A DNA stretch of 64,000 nt from Hyaloraphidium curvatum SAG 235-1 (GCA_025558095.1 JAIVFI010000043.1:372001-436000), one strand, 5' to 3'. Positions 9,083 to 22,314 are shown, counted from the first letter of the stretch. Program-made: numbers and translations. The notes: a model not told the origin generated them from the sequence alone.

Positions 9083-9472
9083 TCCAATCGGACCGTGGCT
9101 GTTTTGCTGCTGTGGTGCTGTGGGCTTGGTCAGTCCGGTTTCGCCCGGAAATGTGGGGTGAACGAGCCCGATGACGTCTGTCGGAGGGCGGCTGGCCCTC
9201 TCCGAAAACCTCTGTTCTTGACCTCCGGGCCCAACAGCTGTATCTGCAGAGCCATTGCTGCTCTGCGATTATAGCACGTGCGCCTCGCTGCGTTCGGATG
9301 CGCCGGGCGGCCGGAAGTGCAAAGGACCGACGAGTGTGTCATTTCCCAGGGACGCTCAGGGACCGACCTGTGGCGGTGCTCCTTGGCCTCAAAATGGGCG
9401 ACGACGGAGTCACCCGAAATCCAACTTCACTCACACCAAACACAAGCGAATACCAACCCCAGCTCTGCGGAC

Positions 9473-12400
9473 ATGCGCTGTTGTGCGGAGCTTTCCACGG
9501 ACGACAAGGGCGGCCGGCGCCCGCGCGGGCGCGGCACGCGGATCCTCCTCGCGGCGCTCGCCGTCTGCGCGGCAGCGGCGCCGTTCCTCCTCGCGGGCGC
9601 CGACGCGTACGCGATCCCGGTGCACCCGCTGCGCGGCCGTGCCGAGCGCCGCGGCCTGACGGCGCCCGCGCGGCCGGGCCCGGGCACCGCGCCGCCAACA
9701 ATCATCGGCGGCGGCCCGGCCTCCAACGCCCAGGCCTACCCGTTCCTCGGCATTCTCATGATGGAGCCCTACGGTGCGCCCTCCTGTCCCCGCACTATTG
9801 CCGCACTTGCTGACCTGGCGGCCCTCCCCATCCTCCGCTGTTAACCGGCCGACCTACCCGCACCCAGGCTTCAGATGTGGGGCCACCATGATCGGCCCCC
9901 TGACCGCCATGACCGCAGCCCACTGCGTCACGACGGACAGCTATTACAGCAGCAGCTCCTCGCGCCCCAACGACCCCAAGCGTCCCAAGACGCATTTCCC
10001 CATCGAGTCGCAGCTCTTCAGCCTGCACACGTACCGCTACAACCAGTCCAAGACCGCCGAGGAGGAGGGCGCGATCATCTACAACGTCACGGCCTTCGAG
10101 TACCATCCCGATTACGATCGCACCGGCAACCTCGAGAACGATGTCGCCGTGCTCTTCCTCTCGCTCTTCAACAACTACGGCTCGAACGAGGCCAAATACG
10201 TGGCCCTGAACCGCGAGCCGTCGGAACCCGTGCCGCCGGAGCCGCTGCGCGCCATTGGGTGGGGCGTGTCCGACATCTACGAGTCGTGGTGGGGAGGCGC
10301 CGGTTACTACTATCCCGACGTGAGCCATCCCGGTCTCCTTCCCTTCGTGCCGTCCTGAAGTAGATTTGGACATCCACAGATCCTGCAGCAGGTCGACCTA
10401 CCTGCGGTTGCCAGCGAAACGTGCGAGGACTACTACAATGAACTCTTCAACGACACCTGGGCCATGGATGCCTCGCAGCTATGCGCCGGCGAGCGTGGAA
10501 AGCAGCCCTGCTACGGCGACAGCGGAAGCGCTCTCCTCCGAGACCTCGGCGGCGGCGAATGGGAGCAGGTCGGCATCACCAGCTTCGGCATGCTCGGGTG
10601 CAAAGACCCCGCCTCGCCCTACAGCTTTTTCTCGCGCGTCTCGGCGGTCCTGCCCTTTGTCGAGACCTGGCTGTCGTTCCAGAACGGGTCGATGACCCGG
10701 ACGACCACCCCGACGGCGACGACCACGGCGTCGGTGACGAGGACTACCATGACCTGGGTTGGTAAATTGCTAGCCCAACCCGGCTGCCGGCCACTAACGC
10801 TCGCTCTCCGCAGGCGACTCCGACCATCGAGTACGGCAGGGTCCGCGTTTGCAGCAACAAGTATGAGCAGATCCCGCACGTCGACTCCCTGGTCCAGTCG
10901 ATTGACGTGGTCGGGCTGGGACCAGTCGGGGACGTCGACATTGAGCTGTTCATCGAGCATCCCTACCCGCAAACGCTCCAGGCGGAGGTGTCCTCGGTGA
11001 ACGGCGACGGAGTCTACGCCTACACCTTGCTCTTTTCCGGCCCTGGCTGCGATGACGGGGGCTTCGCGGGGCAGCCCATCACGTTCGACGACTCGGCCGG
11101 GTACATATTGGGCGAGGTCGACTGCAACGGCACTCGCTACAGGCCATGGAGCGGCATAAACGAGGAGTTCCGCAGCATCGGACGCCTGGACGATCCCAAC
11201 GGGCAGTGGAACCTCTCGGTGGTCGACATGGCGGGCCTGGACTATGGCTCGGTCGGGCAGTGGTGCCTCAACTTCCTCCCGCGCTCGGCCATGACGAGCA
11301 CGACCTTCATCCCCACGCCTACGTGCGAGCCCGTGACCGTGACCGAGACGACAACCGTCGGGGCGGCGCCGACGCCCGGCTGCGGGAGCGGCGTTGGTTA
11401 CTCGAACAACCTCGTCCACCGCTGGGTCTACGACGCTAGCCGCTCGACGACCACCTTCCCGGACTGTGTGGGCACGGCCGACACCACGGTGACGGACCCG
11501 TCCAAGGTCGCCTTTCCGCAGGAGATCATCAACGGCACCCTTCACCAACCCATGGAGGTCAATGGCACGCGCGACGGCCTGATCGCCCCGGCCGAAGTCG
11601 GCGCCATCGGGACCACGGACTTTACCATCACCATGTGGACCAAGATGCGCCTCGACTTCCCGTGGAACGGGACGGATGAGAGCTGGCAACGCTGGGAACT
11701 CTTCTGCAACCGCGGGGCCGACGACGGCGGGCCGTATGTCTGCTCGAGGGTGCGCAACTACGACAACACCGTCTCGCTCGAGATCGCCAACGGGGGCCAC
11801 GGCATCGGGGTGGTCGCGCAGAGCACGGACCAGCTACCCTTCCTGGACAACGAGTGGCACTTCCTCGCCCTGGTCCGCAAGGGCGCCGACGTGTCGATCT
11901 TTGTCGACGGCCTTCCCGTGGCGACCGAGACCGAGGTGCACGGGCACACCATCGACCTGCCGGCCAGCACGCTGCCCGTGGGCATCGGCTACTCGCCATA
12001 CTGGGGCGACTGGCCCGTGGGCCCCTTCCGTTTCAAGGGGCGGATGGACGACGTGCGGGTGTACTACGAGGCCCTCGACACGAGCGCGCAGGGGGCGATC
12101 ATGGATGCGTGGCGCGCTGCCGGCCCTTGGGTGGTCACGACTGTGACTTCCACGGCAATTTCCACCACAACGGCGACGGTGCCGACCACCCTCACCTCCG
12201 TTTCGACTACGACTGCTGTTTCCACTTCGACGGATGTTTCAACGACGACGTTTGTTTCCACTCTCACCACGACCTCCGTTTCTACGTCGACGCAGCTTTC
12301 CACGACAACGGAGCGCTCGACCGTGACGAGCACGAGCAGCATCACTTTGCCCCCCGTCACCGAAACGCAGACGCAGTGGTCGACGACCACACTCACCGTA

Positions 12401-12691
12401 GCGCAGCCAACCACGATCATCAACTACGTGCCGACGACCGTGACCTCCGTGAGCACCTCGGTGACCACGAGCATGGTTCCGACCACCACGACCTTCGTCT
12501 CGACGGCCGTGAGCTGGAAGACCAAGACGACCATCGTCAAGGCCTGCACCAAGACGCAGTTCCGCACGACCACCCAGAAGGTGTCGGTTACGACCACGAA
12601 GAGGATCCTCTCTACCGTCACCAAGACGATCCGCACTACCGCGACGAAGACGATCCGCACCACGGTGACGAAGGCGGTCAAGCGGAAGTGA
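9473..12691 (+). CDS. Secreted S1A serine protease with proprotein-convertase P-like domain, LamG/ConA-like domain and Thr-rich tail
   Basis: Hydrophobic leader; IIGG, TAAHC, NDVAVL, CYGDSGS; introns 9774-9867, 10320-10379, 10758-10813; GQWNLSVVD..GSVGQWCLNF; NEWHFLALVR..FKGRMDDVRVY. Confidence 0.88.
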
Positions 12692-12873
12692 TGGGTGCCT
12701 TGGCTCCGGACAGTCGTCGGCCCGATACCCTCGACATGTAAATATGTTGTCTGTCTCTGATGTATGTGGACTGGAAATGGAAAGCTGCTGATGATCATGG
12801 AAGGAGATTCGGAAAGTCGGGGATCCGCGTCACGAGGTGACGCGTTTTCGCATTGCCGCGGTCCGTAATACAA

Positions 12874-14360
12874 TCAGGCAACCTTAACCATCATTTTTCC
12901 CTTGTTTTTGCCTTCGAAGAGCTGATAGAAATAGTCAGCATCGGGTGGCAGGCCGCCGCGAGCGCGCCCACCTCCTTGAGCCACTTGCCAGCGTTCTCGA
13001 GACCCGGGCGGACGTCGTTCTCGATCCTCAGCTTGCCCGACAGCTTCATCTCGATCATCTGCTTCATCATGGGGCCGAACTCTGCGGCGTAGTCCGTGAA
13101 AATGAAGCCCTGTCCGAACCGTTAGAAATGAAAAGGCAAAAGGGGCGTGGCGCTGACCTCCATCCGGCACCGCTTGATGACCAGGGACATGTAGTTCGAA
13201 GGTCCCTTCGGGGCTGCACTGTCGTCTGCCGTGCCAACGTTGTCAACGGATGTTCTCCGACGGACCAGAGGCAACCAACATTGCGAAATGCCGCCGCAGA
13301 GGACGACCCGGCCGTTCAGGTTCATGAGGTCGAGCGCGAGCTCCAGCGTCCGGCCGCCGACTGTTCAATGTTGTCCGTGAGTGCCGGATTATGGCCGCTG
13401 GTGCGGCGTCCTACCGTTGTCGTAGTATTCCTCGATGCCTTTGGGGCACGCCGCCTTGAGCTTGGCCTCGAACTCGGGGTCCTTGTCTGGGCGTCCAATA
13501 AGCTGTGCTTCGAAATTCGAGGTCGATGGCACCCACAGTCAATGCATTCATCGAATCCGAGGGTCTCCTTGACGAACTTGCACTTCTCCGGTCCGCCGGC
13601 AGTCCCGACGACGCGGCACCCGAGCGCGTGCTTGTAGATCTGCCCGGCGAACGAGCCGGTCGATCCTGCAGCGCCCGAGACGAGCACAGTCGCGCCGGGC
13701 TCGAACTTGGCCTTGCCGATCTTGTAGATGCCGACCTGGAGGGCGGATCAGCGGCACCCAGGCGGGAGACCGTCAGACGGTACCATCGCGGTGAGACCGG
13801 TGAGCTGCATCGAAATCTGGTCCGCGGGAGTGATCCCCTCGGGTAGGCTGGAAGGAACAAGTTACAAGGACGAAGATGTATCGAAACGGGCAAGACCGAC
13901 TTCAGCTTGGTAGGACCCATGGGCTGGCTGTCGTTGACGAGCGCGTACTCCTGCCTGCGCAACGTCAGCTCAATCTAAAAGCTCAATCGCAAGTGCCCAC
14001 CATCCGATGAAGGCCTGGACCAGGTCGCCGACCTTCAGCTTCTCCGACTGGCTTTCGACAACCTCGCCGACCGTGCCGCCCCGCATGACGTCGCCGAGCG
14101 GCACCTTGGGCAGGTACGTGTCCTGTGGTACCCTCCCCAATGAGCGTCTTTCGCGCGCAAAGGAGGCGGGAAGAGCCCACGTAGGTCATCCAGCCCCTCA
14201 TCGTCGGGTCCAGCGACAGGTAGAGCGTCTTGACGACGACGTCGCCCGGCTTGGAGCACTTCGGGATCGGCGACTCCTTGAGCTCAAAGAGCTTTTCGGG
14301 CGCGAGCGGCCCGGGCTCGGGACGCGAGACGAGGATCATCTGGCGGTTGACGGTGGCCAT
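12874..14360 (-). CDS. NADP-dependent MDR oxidoreductase (prostaglandin reductase / CurA-like), multi-exon
   Basis: YLSLDPTMRGW, VSGAAGSTGSFAGQI, AGGPEKC, GRVVLCGGISQ, LFEGKNKGKMMVKV. Confidence 0.9.
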
Positions 14361-14971
14361 CGTTGGCGTGTCGGGTTGGGAGAGTCGGAGCGGGCGTGGC
14401 GGGAGCGCGGCGCGGGCGGAAGACGCGGGAATCGACTCGTGCGAAGCGAGAAAACGGGGGTGGAGCGCGATGGAGTGCGATTCGGTTGTCTCCCGGAAAG
14501 AGCCGCACGCCGATCTGTTTGGCGACTCGGGGCGGGGGGAGGAGGTTTTGCCGACCGATCCCAAACTCCCTCCGCACCCTCGCAGTCGTCGACTGCATGT
14601 AATCCTAACGGAAAACAAACAGACAAGCAGGAGCAGAGCAGAATGCTCACGGCTCCCCTGCCGTCTACCGAGCCGATCCAGCTCGCGACAGCATGCCCGC
14701 ATGGAAAGAACACACAAGATGTGAAGCATAGGTCCACTAGTCCAGCCGAAGACGCTGGGCTGCACTTCAGCTGGGGCAGTCCACGTCCGCGATCAAGAGT
14801 CGGCGCTAGCTCCAGTTCAGCACCTCCACACCACGTCATCCGATCCCGCGACCGCTCCCATCTTCCGCCACGCTTCGATCTCCTCGAGACATGCGCGTGC
14901 TCGCTCCGGCGCCCACGAGCCGGGATCCTCGAACCTCAGCTGTCGGATAGCTACCCGCACGGGGGTCGGCT

Positions 14972-15367
14972 TTAGACACTGTAGCTCAGCCGGAGCAAAC
15001 CAGGACCGAGCAGGCCAAGCAGCCGCCTTGCTTGCGCTAGGACCACATTCCCAAATGGCCGCTGCACGGCCGGTTCCGACAAGACGAGGTCCAAATCACT
15101 GACGTGGTTCAGCGCCCCCGCGCGTTCCAAAGCGTCTATGGTCTCCCCCGCGCGATACGGTTCGACCCAGGCGAGCGAAAAACGCGCGTATAGCACCGGC
15201 ATCAGACACTCGCGCATGGTGCGGCACGTGAGGGACAGCTCAAGGAGGGTCCGCGATCCGGGTTGGAGGAACGAGGCGACGGCGAGGAGGACCTCGGGCG
15301 GGAGGGCCAGGCCGGGTTCATCGGCAGAGGATGGTTCGGGGGCAGCATGACTTCCGACCGATTCCAT
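14972..15367 (-). CDS. Short F-box-like protein (possibly truncated)
   Basis: LPPEVLLAVASFL...TLLELSLTCRTMR..P.LY; only ~131 aa. Confidence 0.55.
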   Translation of the reverse strand: MESVGSHAAPEPSSADEPGLALPPEVLLAVASFLQPGSRTLLELSLTCRTMRECLMPVLYARFSLAWVEPYRAGETIDALERAGALNHVSDLDLVLSEPAVQRPFGNVVLAQARRLLGLLGPGLLRLSYSV

Positions 15368-15573
15368 GTCGTTTCGCCGGTTCCCGGGGTTTGTGACGGA
15401 CGCGTCCTCGGGCGCGCGTGGGCGAGGGCGCGGGTGACAAGTCGGCCCGGGCCACTTCCGAAGCGTCCCAAACACACCCTCGCCGAGCCTCCGGAAAGAA
15501 AGTGCGTGCTCTCCGGCATGTCTCCGTCTCCCCGAACGCGCGCTGACCGGCTTCCTTCCGTCCAGACGCCGAG

Positions 15574-16826
15574 ATGCCCCCCGTCGACCTCTCCAAGCTC
15601 CCCGTCTCCCGCTCGCCCTTCCAGTACACCCGCCGCGACGTCATCCTCTACGCCGTCGCCGAGGGCGCGTCGTGGGACGACCACAAATTCGTCTGGCAAG
15701 TGGCACCTCGGGCTTCGCGCGCTCGACGCGGTCTGACTTTTCGCCCTCGCGCTTTCCCTCTCCCCTCTCTCCCCTTCCTCCCGCAGGGAGCGCCACCCGG
15801 AGTTTGAGACGCTTCCAACTTATCCGACGGTGTTGGGACAGAAGGGGGATGGTTTCGAGCTCCGCAAGGTGGGCCGAACCCCCCCGTCCCCTCTCCGCTC
15901 CTCTGACTCCGGTCCAAGTGGGAGGACATGTCCCGCGGCGGCTTCAACATCCCCGGGGTCAAGCTCGACCCCCAGCTCTTCCTCGACGGCGGCCGCACGA
16001 TCGAGTGGCTCGCCCCGATCCCGACCTCGGGCAAGGGCGAGATCGTCGGGCAGACCACGGGTGTCTACGATGTGGGGCAGGCCGCGGTGATCGAGACCAC
16101 GAGCACGGTCATTGTGGACGGCGTCGAGGTGTGCAAGATCATCGGGCAGCTCTTTGGTGGGTGCGCTCGGCGTGGTGGTTGTCAGCTCCCTGATCCGCGC
16201 CCAAGCCCGCGGAGGTGGCGGCTTCGGCGGACCCAGGCCCCCCAAGGACCCCAACCCGGTCGAGATCCCCAAGGACAGGTGGGAGAGCGCTGATGCGGTC
16301 ATTATTTTGGCATCTGACTGGCCGGCATTGGCAGGGCCCCTGATGCCATCCAGGAGATCCCGATCCCGCTCAACCAGACCCTCATCTACCGCCTCTCGGG
16401 CGACACCATGCCTCAGGTGCGTGTCCTCTCGTCGTGCCTGTGCCCCCTCGATCAACCCTGAGCCCCTTTGCCCGGCAGCACGTCGACCTCGAGCTCGCCA
16501 AGCGGATGAACTGGCCCCGTCCCATCGTCATGGGCCTCGGCACCTACGGCATGACCGCCCGCGCGGTGCTCAGGCACTTTGCCGCCAACCAGCAGACCCG
16601 CATGCAGAAGATGAGCGGGCGGTTCGCCGCCGTCGTTTACCCCGGCGAGACGCTCTACGTCGAGATGTGGAAGGTGCGCGAGGACGCCGACACGGTGACC
16701 GTGGCGTACCAGAGCCGCGTCAAGGAGCGCAAGGGGCCCGACGGGAAGGACCTGGTGGTGATGAGCCAGGGTTCGGCGGTGTGCAGGAAGAAGGGGCTCA
16801 AGGACACCGTGCCGGCCAAGCTCTGA
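15574..16826 (+). CDS. MaoC/HotDog enoyl-CoA hydratase 2-like protein, multi-exon
   Basis: YTRRDVILYA, LPTYPTVL, LDGGRTI, YRLSGD-x4-H, GRFAAVVYPGETL; first intron has a GC donor (15696-15786). Confidence 0.85.
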
Positions 16827-16965
16827 GGTCAACCTGTCAAAGGCCGCACCGGCAGCGAGCTGTAGCTTCAGCAGCAATAAGAAAATTCTCTCCAGAAAGT
16901 TGTTCGTACGTTCGCGACGGCATGCACGCAACGGCCCGACTCCCCGCCGCCTCGACCTAAAAACA

Positions 16966-18060
16966 ATGTCCCCCGAAGTCCTCTCGCCCGAGCTCTCCGC
17001 GCTCCGCACCAAGGCCGGCGAGCTCGCCTCGCTGATCGCCAAGCTGCGGGACGATGCCGCGCTCAGCGACGCGCAGCGCCTCGCGGCCACCCGCGACGCG
17101 TCCAAGGCCGCGGGCATCTTCCCGCTGATGCGCGGCGGCACCGCGCTCCAAATCGTCGTCGCCCGCGAGGAGTTGGCGCGTCAAGGCGTCGGCCACGCGG
17201 CGGGCATCTTCGGCCCCGACGAGGGGATGCTGCGCGGCGCCGCCGAGCCGCTGCGGTCGACGCACCTGAACCCCATGCTGGACGGCCTCAAGAGGGGCAG
17301 CCTGGGCATCACCGAGCCAAAGGGCATGCCGCGGCCGACGTACGCCACGATCGACGGCGATCACTTCGTCGTCACGGGCAAGAAGAGCTACATCACGGGC
17401 GGGCAGGAGGCAGACTTCGTCGTCGCCCTGGTCGAGGTCGAGGGGCAAGGGCCGGCCATGATCGCCATCGATCTCGACTCGCCCGGCGTCTCGGTCGAGC
17501 GCCGCTTCGAGTCCATCGACGGCTCGAGGCACGCCGCCTTCTCCTTCACCAACGTGCGCGTGCCCCTGGCCAACCGCGTCGGGCGCGCCGGCGAGGGCCG
17601 CTCCCAGGCCCTGCAGCGCATCAGCGCCGTCCGCCGCGCCGTCTCGGCCGACTGCGTAGGCACCATGATCCACCTGATCGACCTCGTCGCGGCCGACCTG
17701 AAGCGCCCGCGGCGGGGCGGGCCGCTGGCCAAGAGCGAGCGCGCGCGGCTGCGGTTCGGCGAGATGCGCGTGCTGGCCTACGCCGCGAGGTCGATGCTGT
17801 ACCGCACCGCGGTGCTGGCAGACGCCGGGGAGGACGCGGTCAACGAGACGATCGCGACCAAGGTGTTCTGCACCGAGGCCGCGGGCAAGGTGGCCGACAT
17901 GGCGATGCAGATGGTCGGGGGCGACGCGACGGTGGTTGGACACCCGGTGGAGAAGGCGGCGCGGGCGGTGCGGGTGCTGAGGTTGGCCGAGGGGGAGACG
18001 GACACGCTGCGGGTCAACCTCGCACGCGGGTTCCTGGACCTCAACAAGGGTAGGCTTTGA
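16966..18060 (+). CDS. Acyl-CoA dehydrogenase, intronless, bacterial-like
   Basis: GITEP, GKKSYITGG, FTNVRVP..VG..GEG, TKVFCTE, AMQMVGG, RLAEGET. Confidence 0.9.
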   Translation: MSPEVLSPELSALRTKAGELASLIAKLRDDAALSDAQRLAATRDASKAAGIFPLMRGGTALQIVVAREELARQGVGHAAGIFGPDEGMLRGAAEPLRSTHLNPMLDGLKRGSLGITEPKGMPRPTYATIDGDHFVVTGKKSYITGGQEADFVVALVEVEGQGPAMIAIDLDSPGVSVERRFESIDGSRHAAFSFTNVRVPLANRVGRAGEGRSQALQRISAVRRAVSADCVGTMIHLIDLVAADLKRPRRGGPLAKSERARLRFGEMRVLAYAARSMLYRTAVLADAGEDAVNETIATKVFCTEAAGKVADMAMQMVGGDATVVGHPVEKAARAVRVLRLAEGETDTLRVNLARGFLDLNKGRL

Positions 18061-18250
18061 GTTGGTGGGGGATTGGAATCAGCGATGTAAGTAAGTGCAG
18101 ACAGAAACCGACTCTCCTTGACTTAAAGAACTCGCACTATTAGATTGTTGTAGAGGGGCGAGCAGATCAGTTTGCTTATGTTTTAGGGGATTGTAGCGGG
18201 AGGAGCGTCCCTAATCGCAGGCCCGCCACGCCGCCGCAACGAAGTCCCCC

Positions 18251-20577
18251 ATGTCGAAGTTCGAGCAGTTTTTCGAAGCCGAGCTCGTCCCCGAATGGCG
18301 CTCGCAGTACGTGGACCTTGCGCGCCTCCGCGCGGGCGTCGAGGGCCTCGAGGCGGCGCTGCCCCGGCAGGGACGCGGCATGCTGCGTGAGCCCCACGCG
18401 GCGCTCCTCGCGGCGCTCGACGCGGAGCTGGCAAAGGCCCAGGAGTTCTACGCCGCGCGTGAGGCGGAGGCGGTGAGGCGGTGGGAATCTCTGAGGGCGC
18501 AGACCAGGCTCGTGGAGGACCTGGACCGCGAGCTCCGGGGCGGTGTTGTCCTGCCGGACGCCGCCCTCGGCCCGGACGGGGCGCCGCATGTGGCTGAGGA
18601 TGCCAAACGGACAGGTTCTGCCCCGCGGCAGGTTTTTCCATCCTCTCAAAGGGCTACTACGGAACCGAACGACGTCTCTAAGGCCTGGAAGGCGCTCACG
18701 CGTTACACACTGGAGTTCTACCGCTACCTCGTTCTCGTTCGGAACTTCCAGACGCTAAACCGTGGAGCGCTGGAGGGCTTTGCTGCCAGGATCGACGAGG
18801 TGATGGAGGCGGCAGCCGGCAAGACAAACAAGCATGCGGCCCTGAGCTTGGCGACGCTCCGTAGATCTCTAAGCCTGAAGAGTATCGCAATCGGGGATGG
18901 GATGGCATTGGACACCGAAGCTGGGAAAAGGTGGTTCAGAGGAAAAGCGGACTCGAGCTCCTTGGCCTCGAGCGACTCCATCGTCGAACTCATGGCTTCG
19001 ACCGAGGAATTCTACGTGGAGCTCTGCACGCATCCGCCCTACCCGGGTCAGCCAAAGCTCCCTACCCCCTCGGAGCGCCGTGCTCTGCTCCGCGAGCTGC
19101 ACCTGCCCCGTCAGCACATCGCCGTCGCGGCGCACTTCAAGACCGAGCTCGGGACGACCTACCGCAGCGGGCTGCTCCTGGGCCTCGCGCTGCCAGCCTA
19201 CGCCGCAGCCATCTTCTCCGTGGTCCTCGCCTCCATCCGCGAGCCCGACATCCCCTACAACACGCGGGTGCTAGTCCAGATCCACGGAGGCTTCTTCATC
19301 CCGTGCCTTCTGATCTACGCCTTCGGGGTCAACGCGATCGGCTACACGCGGGCGCAGATCAACTACGCCTTCGTTCTGGACCTCGACCCGCGCAACCACC
19401 TGGCCCCCCATCAGATCCAGGAGCTCGCCCTCTGGGGCATCCTGCTGACGGGTTACTCGCTCTTCCTCTCTGTCGGGTACAACTTCCTCCCCTTCATCCC
19501 CAGCACCCTCTACCCGGCCATCCTCGCGTGCCTCCTCTCCGCCATGGCCTTCTGGCCCTTCGACCACCTCTACCGCTCCGCGCGGTTCTGGGTGCTCCGC
19601 TCACTGCTCCGCATCTGCACACTAAGCAAGCTCGGCACCCTGTCCGTGCCCTTCTGCGACACCTTCGTCGCCTCGGCGCTCACCAGCGCGACATACAGCT
19701 TCACCGCCATGCAGGCGTTTGTGTGCGCGTACGCCTCGGGGTGGAACGGGATGGCGACGAACTGCGCCATGGGGGCCTCTTACTACGTCGCGCTGCCGAC
19801 GTGCCTACCGCCCTTGTTCCGCATGTCGCAGTGCCTGCTCAAGTTCTGGGACAAGGGACAGCGGAAGGACCTGGTCAACGCGGCAAGGTTCGCTTTCTCG
19901 GTGACGGTGGTCTGGTTCGCGGCGTGGTCCGCGATTTCCGGGCTGCCCGAGGCTCACATCCTGTGGATCGTCGTGGCGGCGGTGTCGGCAGCGTACAGTT
20001 ACTGCTGGGACATATACATGAGTGAGTGATCCGACGCGCTCGCCTACGTGTGGCCCTAGCCGTTGACCACCAACCCGACCAGGCTTTTCATTGCTGAGGA
20101 TCCGCGACCCCAAGGACCCGCACTTCCTCCTCCGGCCGGAGCTCCGTTACTCCCCCCAGGCGGTCTACTACTTCGCCATGGTGTCGAATCTGCTCCTCCG
20201 CGTCTCGTGGATCGTTACGGTTTCGCCCAGCTACTGGGGCATTCTCGTCGACGGCCGCATGCTCGCGCTGGTGTTTGCGCTGCTGGAGGTGGCGAGGCGG
20301 TTCCAGTGGAACTTGTTGGTCGCACGTCGCAGGCATTTGAAGAGGGTTTCGGCGACTTATCGGTGCCATCCGCAGCTTCCGGATCGAAACCGAGCACGTG
20401 GGGAACAGCGAGTCCAACCGGGCCGTGCGGGACGTTCCGCTGCCGTTCCGCATCCTGGAAGCCACGGGCGACGACCGCTCGGAAATGGGAATGGACATGG
20501 CGATCGCGGATCGCGCGGACGGGTGGGCTTTTGCGATGCCGCCGGTGCCTGGGACCGAGACCAGCACAGGGGTATAA
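18251..20577 (+). CDS. SPX-EXS phosphate exporter family protein (SYG1/XPR1/PHO1-like)
   Basis: MSKF...VPEWRSQY; INYAFVLDLD; WDIYM; splicing restores RRFQWNFFRIETEH..RAVRDVPLP; introns 20022-20082 and ~20315-20374. Confidence 0.88.
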
Positions 20578-20929
20578 GGGTGTAAACCGTGCTGTGTTAA
20601 CGTGCTTGAAAAGATTCGCCAAAGACCATGGCTGCCTTACAGAGCCCGAACACGCTGCCTCGCGCGAGATCGAAGAATGGCAGTCAGGGTTCATGCGGTC
20701 ACTCCTGCGTGCGTGCGCTGAAACAGTGCACCCCAAGGGCAGACAGGGTTCATGTATGCCTCGAGCGCCACCTTCCAGCGGATGGCATCCTTTCCGTGCT
20801 AGGTTGGACCGAAGCCCCATCGGGGACGCAGAGGAATCCTTGTGTGTAGTTGAGGTGATGCATCCGGTGATGTACGGTTCCGCGGCGCACGGTCCGTACC
20901 CTCCGCCGCCCCCAGTCTGAAGAACTGCA

Positions 20930-21882
20930 ATTGGTGGCTCTACCCGCCCGCCTCCGCAAAGGGCATCCGGTCGCCCGGCCGCGCGATGGTGCTGCTCCGC
21001 GGGAACCGGCTCGGCACGCGCGAGGGGATGCTGATGACCGGAGACGCCCCCGCGGGGAAGCCGTCTGGGGTGTGGTGGACCCGTCGGCGCCGGCCATCGC
21101 CGCGGGGACCAGGGTGCGGATCGACAGGTCAGCGATCCAGAAGGGCCCGGGCGTGCCGATGCCGGGCGACTTGGTGGAAAAGAAGACGTTCAGGGAGCTC
21201 AAGGGGTGAGAAGCCTAGTGGATGGAGCTCGAGGGGCCGCGGACGGTTGGGAGCGTCATCAACGGTGGGCTTCTCTTGCAAACTGCTCGCACGGGTCTTC
21301 ACTACCGCGCCCCACAGCGCTCGCCAACATCGAGTACGGCTGCACCGACGTCGAAAAGAAGTGGACTGCCGAGGATTTCGACCACCGCGACGACTGCAGC
21401 GACTGCCCGCGCAACGGTTTCATCGGGTTTGAGCGAATCGTTCTGCCCGCCGGATCCTCCGCCGGCATCGAGCACTGGAAGGCCGTCTGGTCGAGGTAGA
21501 TATCTCTCTTGTTGCCCCTAGGCTACCGTCGTTGAAGGACCCCCGTCACCGCAGGCCTTTTCGTCACTTAGGAGTCGACCTGTACGGCTCGTACGTACTC
21601 TCGCCCCCCGTCTCCGAGAAATTCTTCGACCCCCGCGTGCCCGGACAGAGCCAAGCCGAGGTGGATGCGACCCTGGAGGCGTACAATCGGGCGGTGAATC
21701 AGCTCGCGAGCGCGGATCCCGAGGTGCTCGAAGGCCTCGGAGCCAAGGTGGACGCGCTTTTGCGGGACCCCGCCGCGTTCTTCGGAGCCGGTACAGCCGG
21801 GGTGGCAGACGGGACAGCGGGCGGCTCGGAGGAGGAGGAAGAGACCATGGCGAGCCTGTTCGATCCTCGCGATCTGGACTAG
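20930..21882 (+). CDS. Hypothetical multi-exon protein; 5' end unresolved
   Basis: Coding-like exons (GTRVRIDRSAIQKG; CTDVEKKW..DDCSDCPRNGF; HLGVDLYG..acidic end) separated by GT-AG-like segments. Confidence 0.4.
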
Positions 21883-22314
21883 CGTGACCGCGCCTCCGAC
21901 GGCGCGAGGTTAGCGACACCGAGGTCAACGACAGACTGCCTTGCTGGTTGCAACCGATGTAGCCGAGTAATCAATTGGCATCTTCACCATCATTCGTTGG
22001 TCTGCTGCGCCCTAGCAGTGTCGCTTCTCCATCACCGTGCGGTCGATCGGCTCGGTGGGCCGCGTCTCGCAACCAAAACAGACCGGACGGCGCGCACATG
22101 GAGCGCAATCGGTCCCGCAGGAGCCGGTGGCCATATGAATCCGGATCCCAAGACATTGTTTAGGTGGTGGCCGTGTGGGAGATGCGGACGTTCGATCAAA
22201 ACGCCGTGGTGTGTCATGGTTCCAGACCAGGGCCCTGATCAGCACCGGCCCCTGTCCCGCGATGCCGTGGGATCCCGAAGGCCGGCCCCGCTCCCCGGGG
22301 CGCCCCAAGGACCG

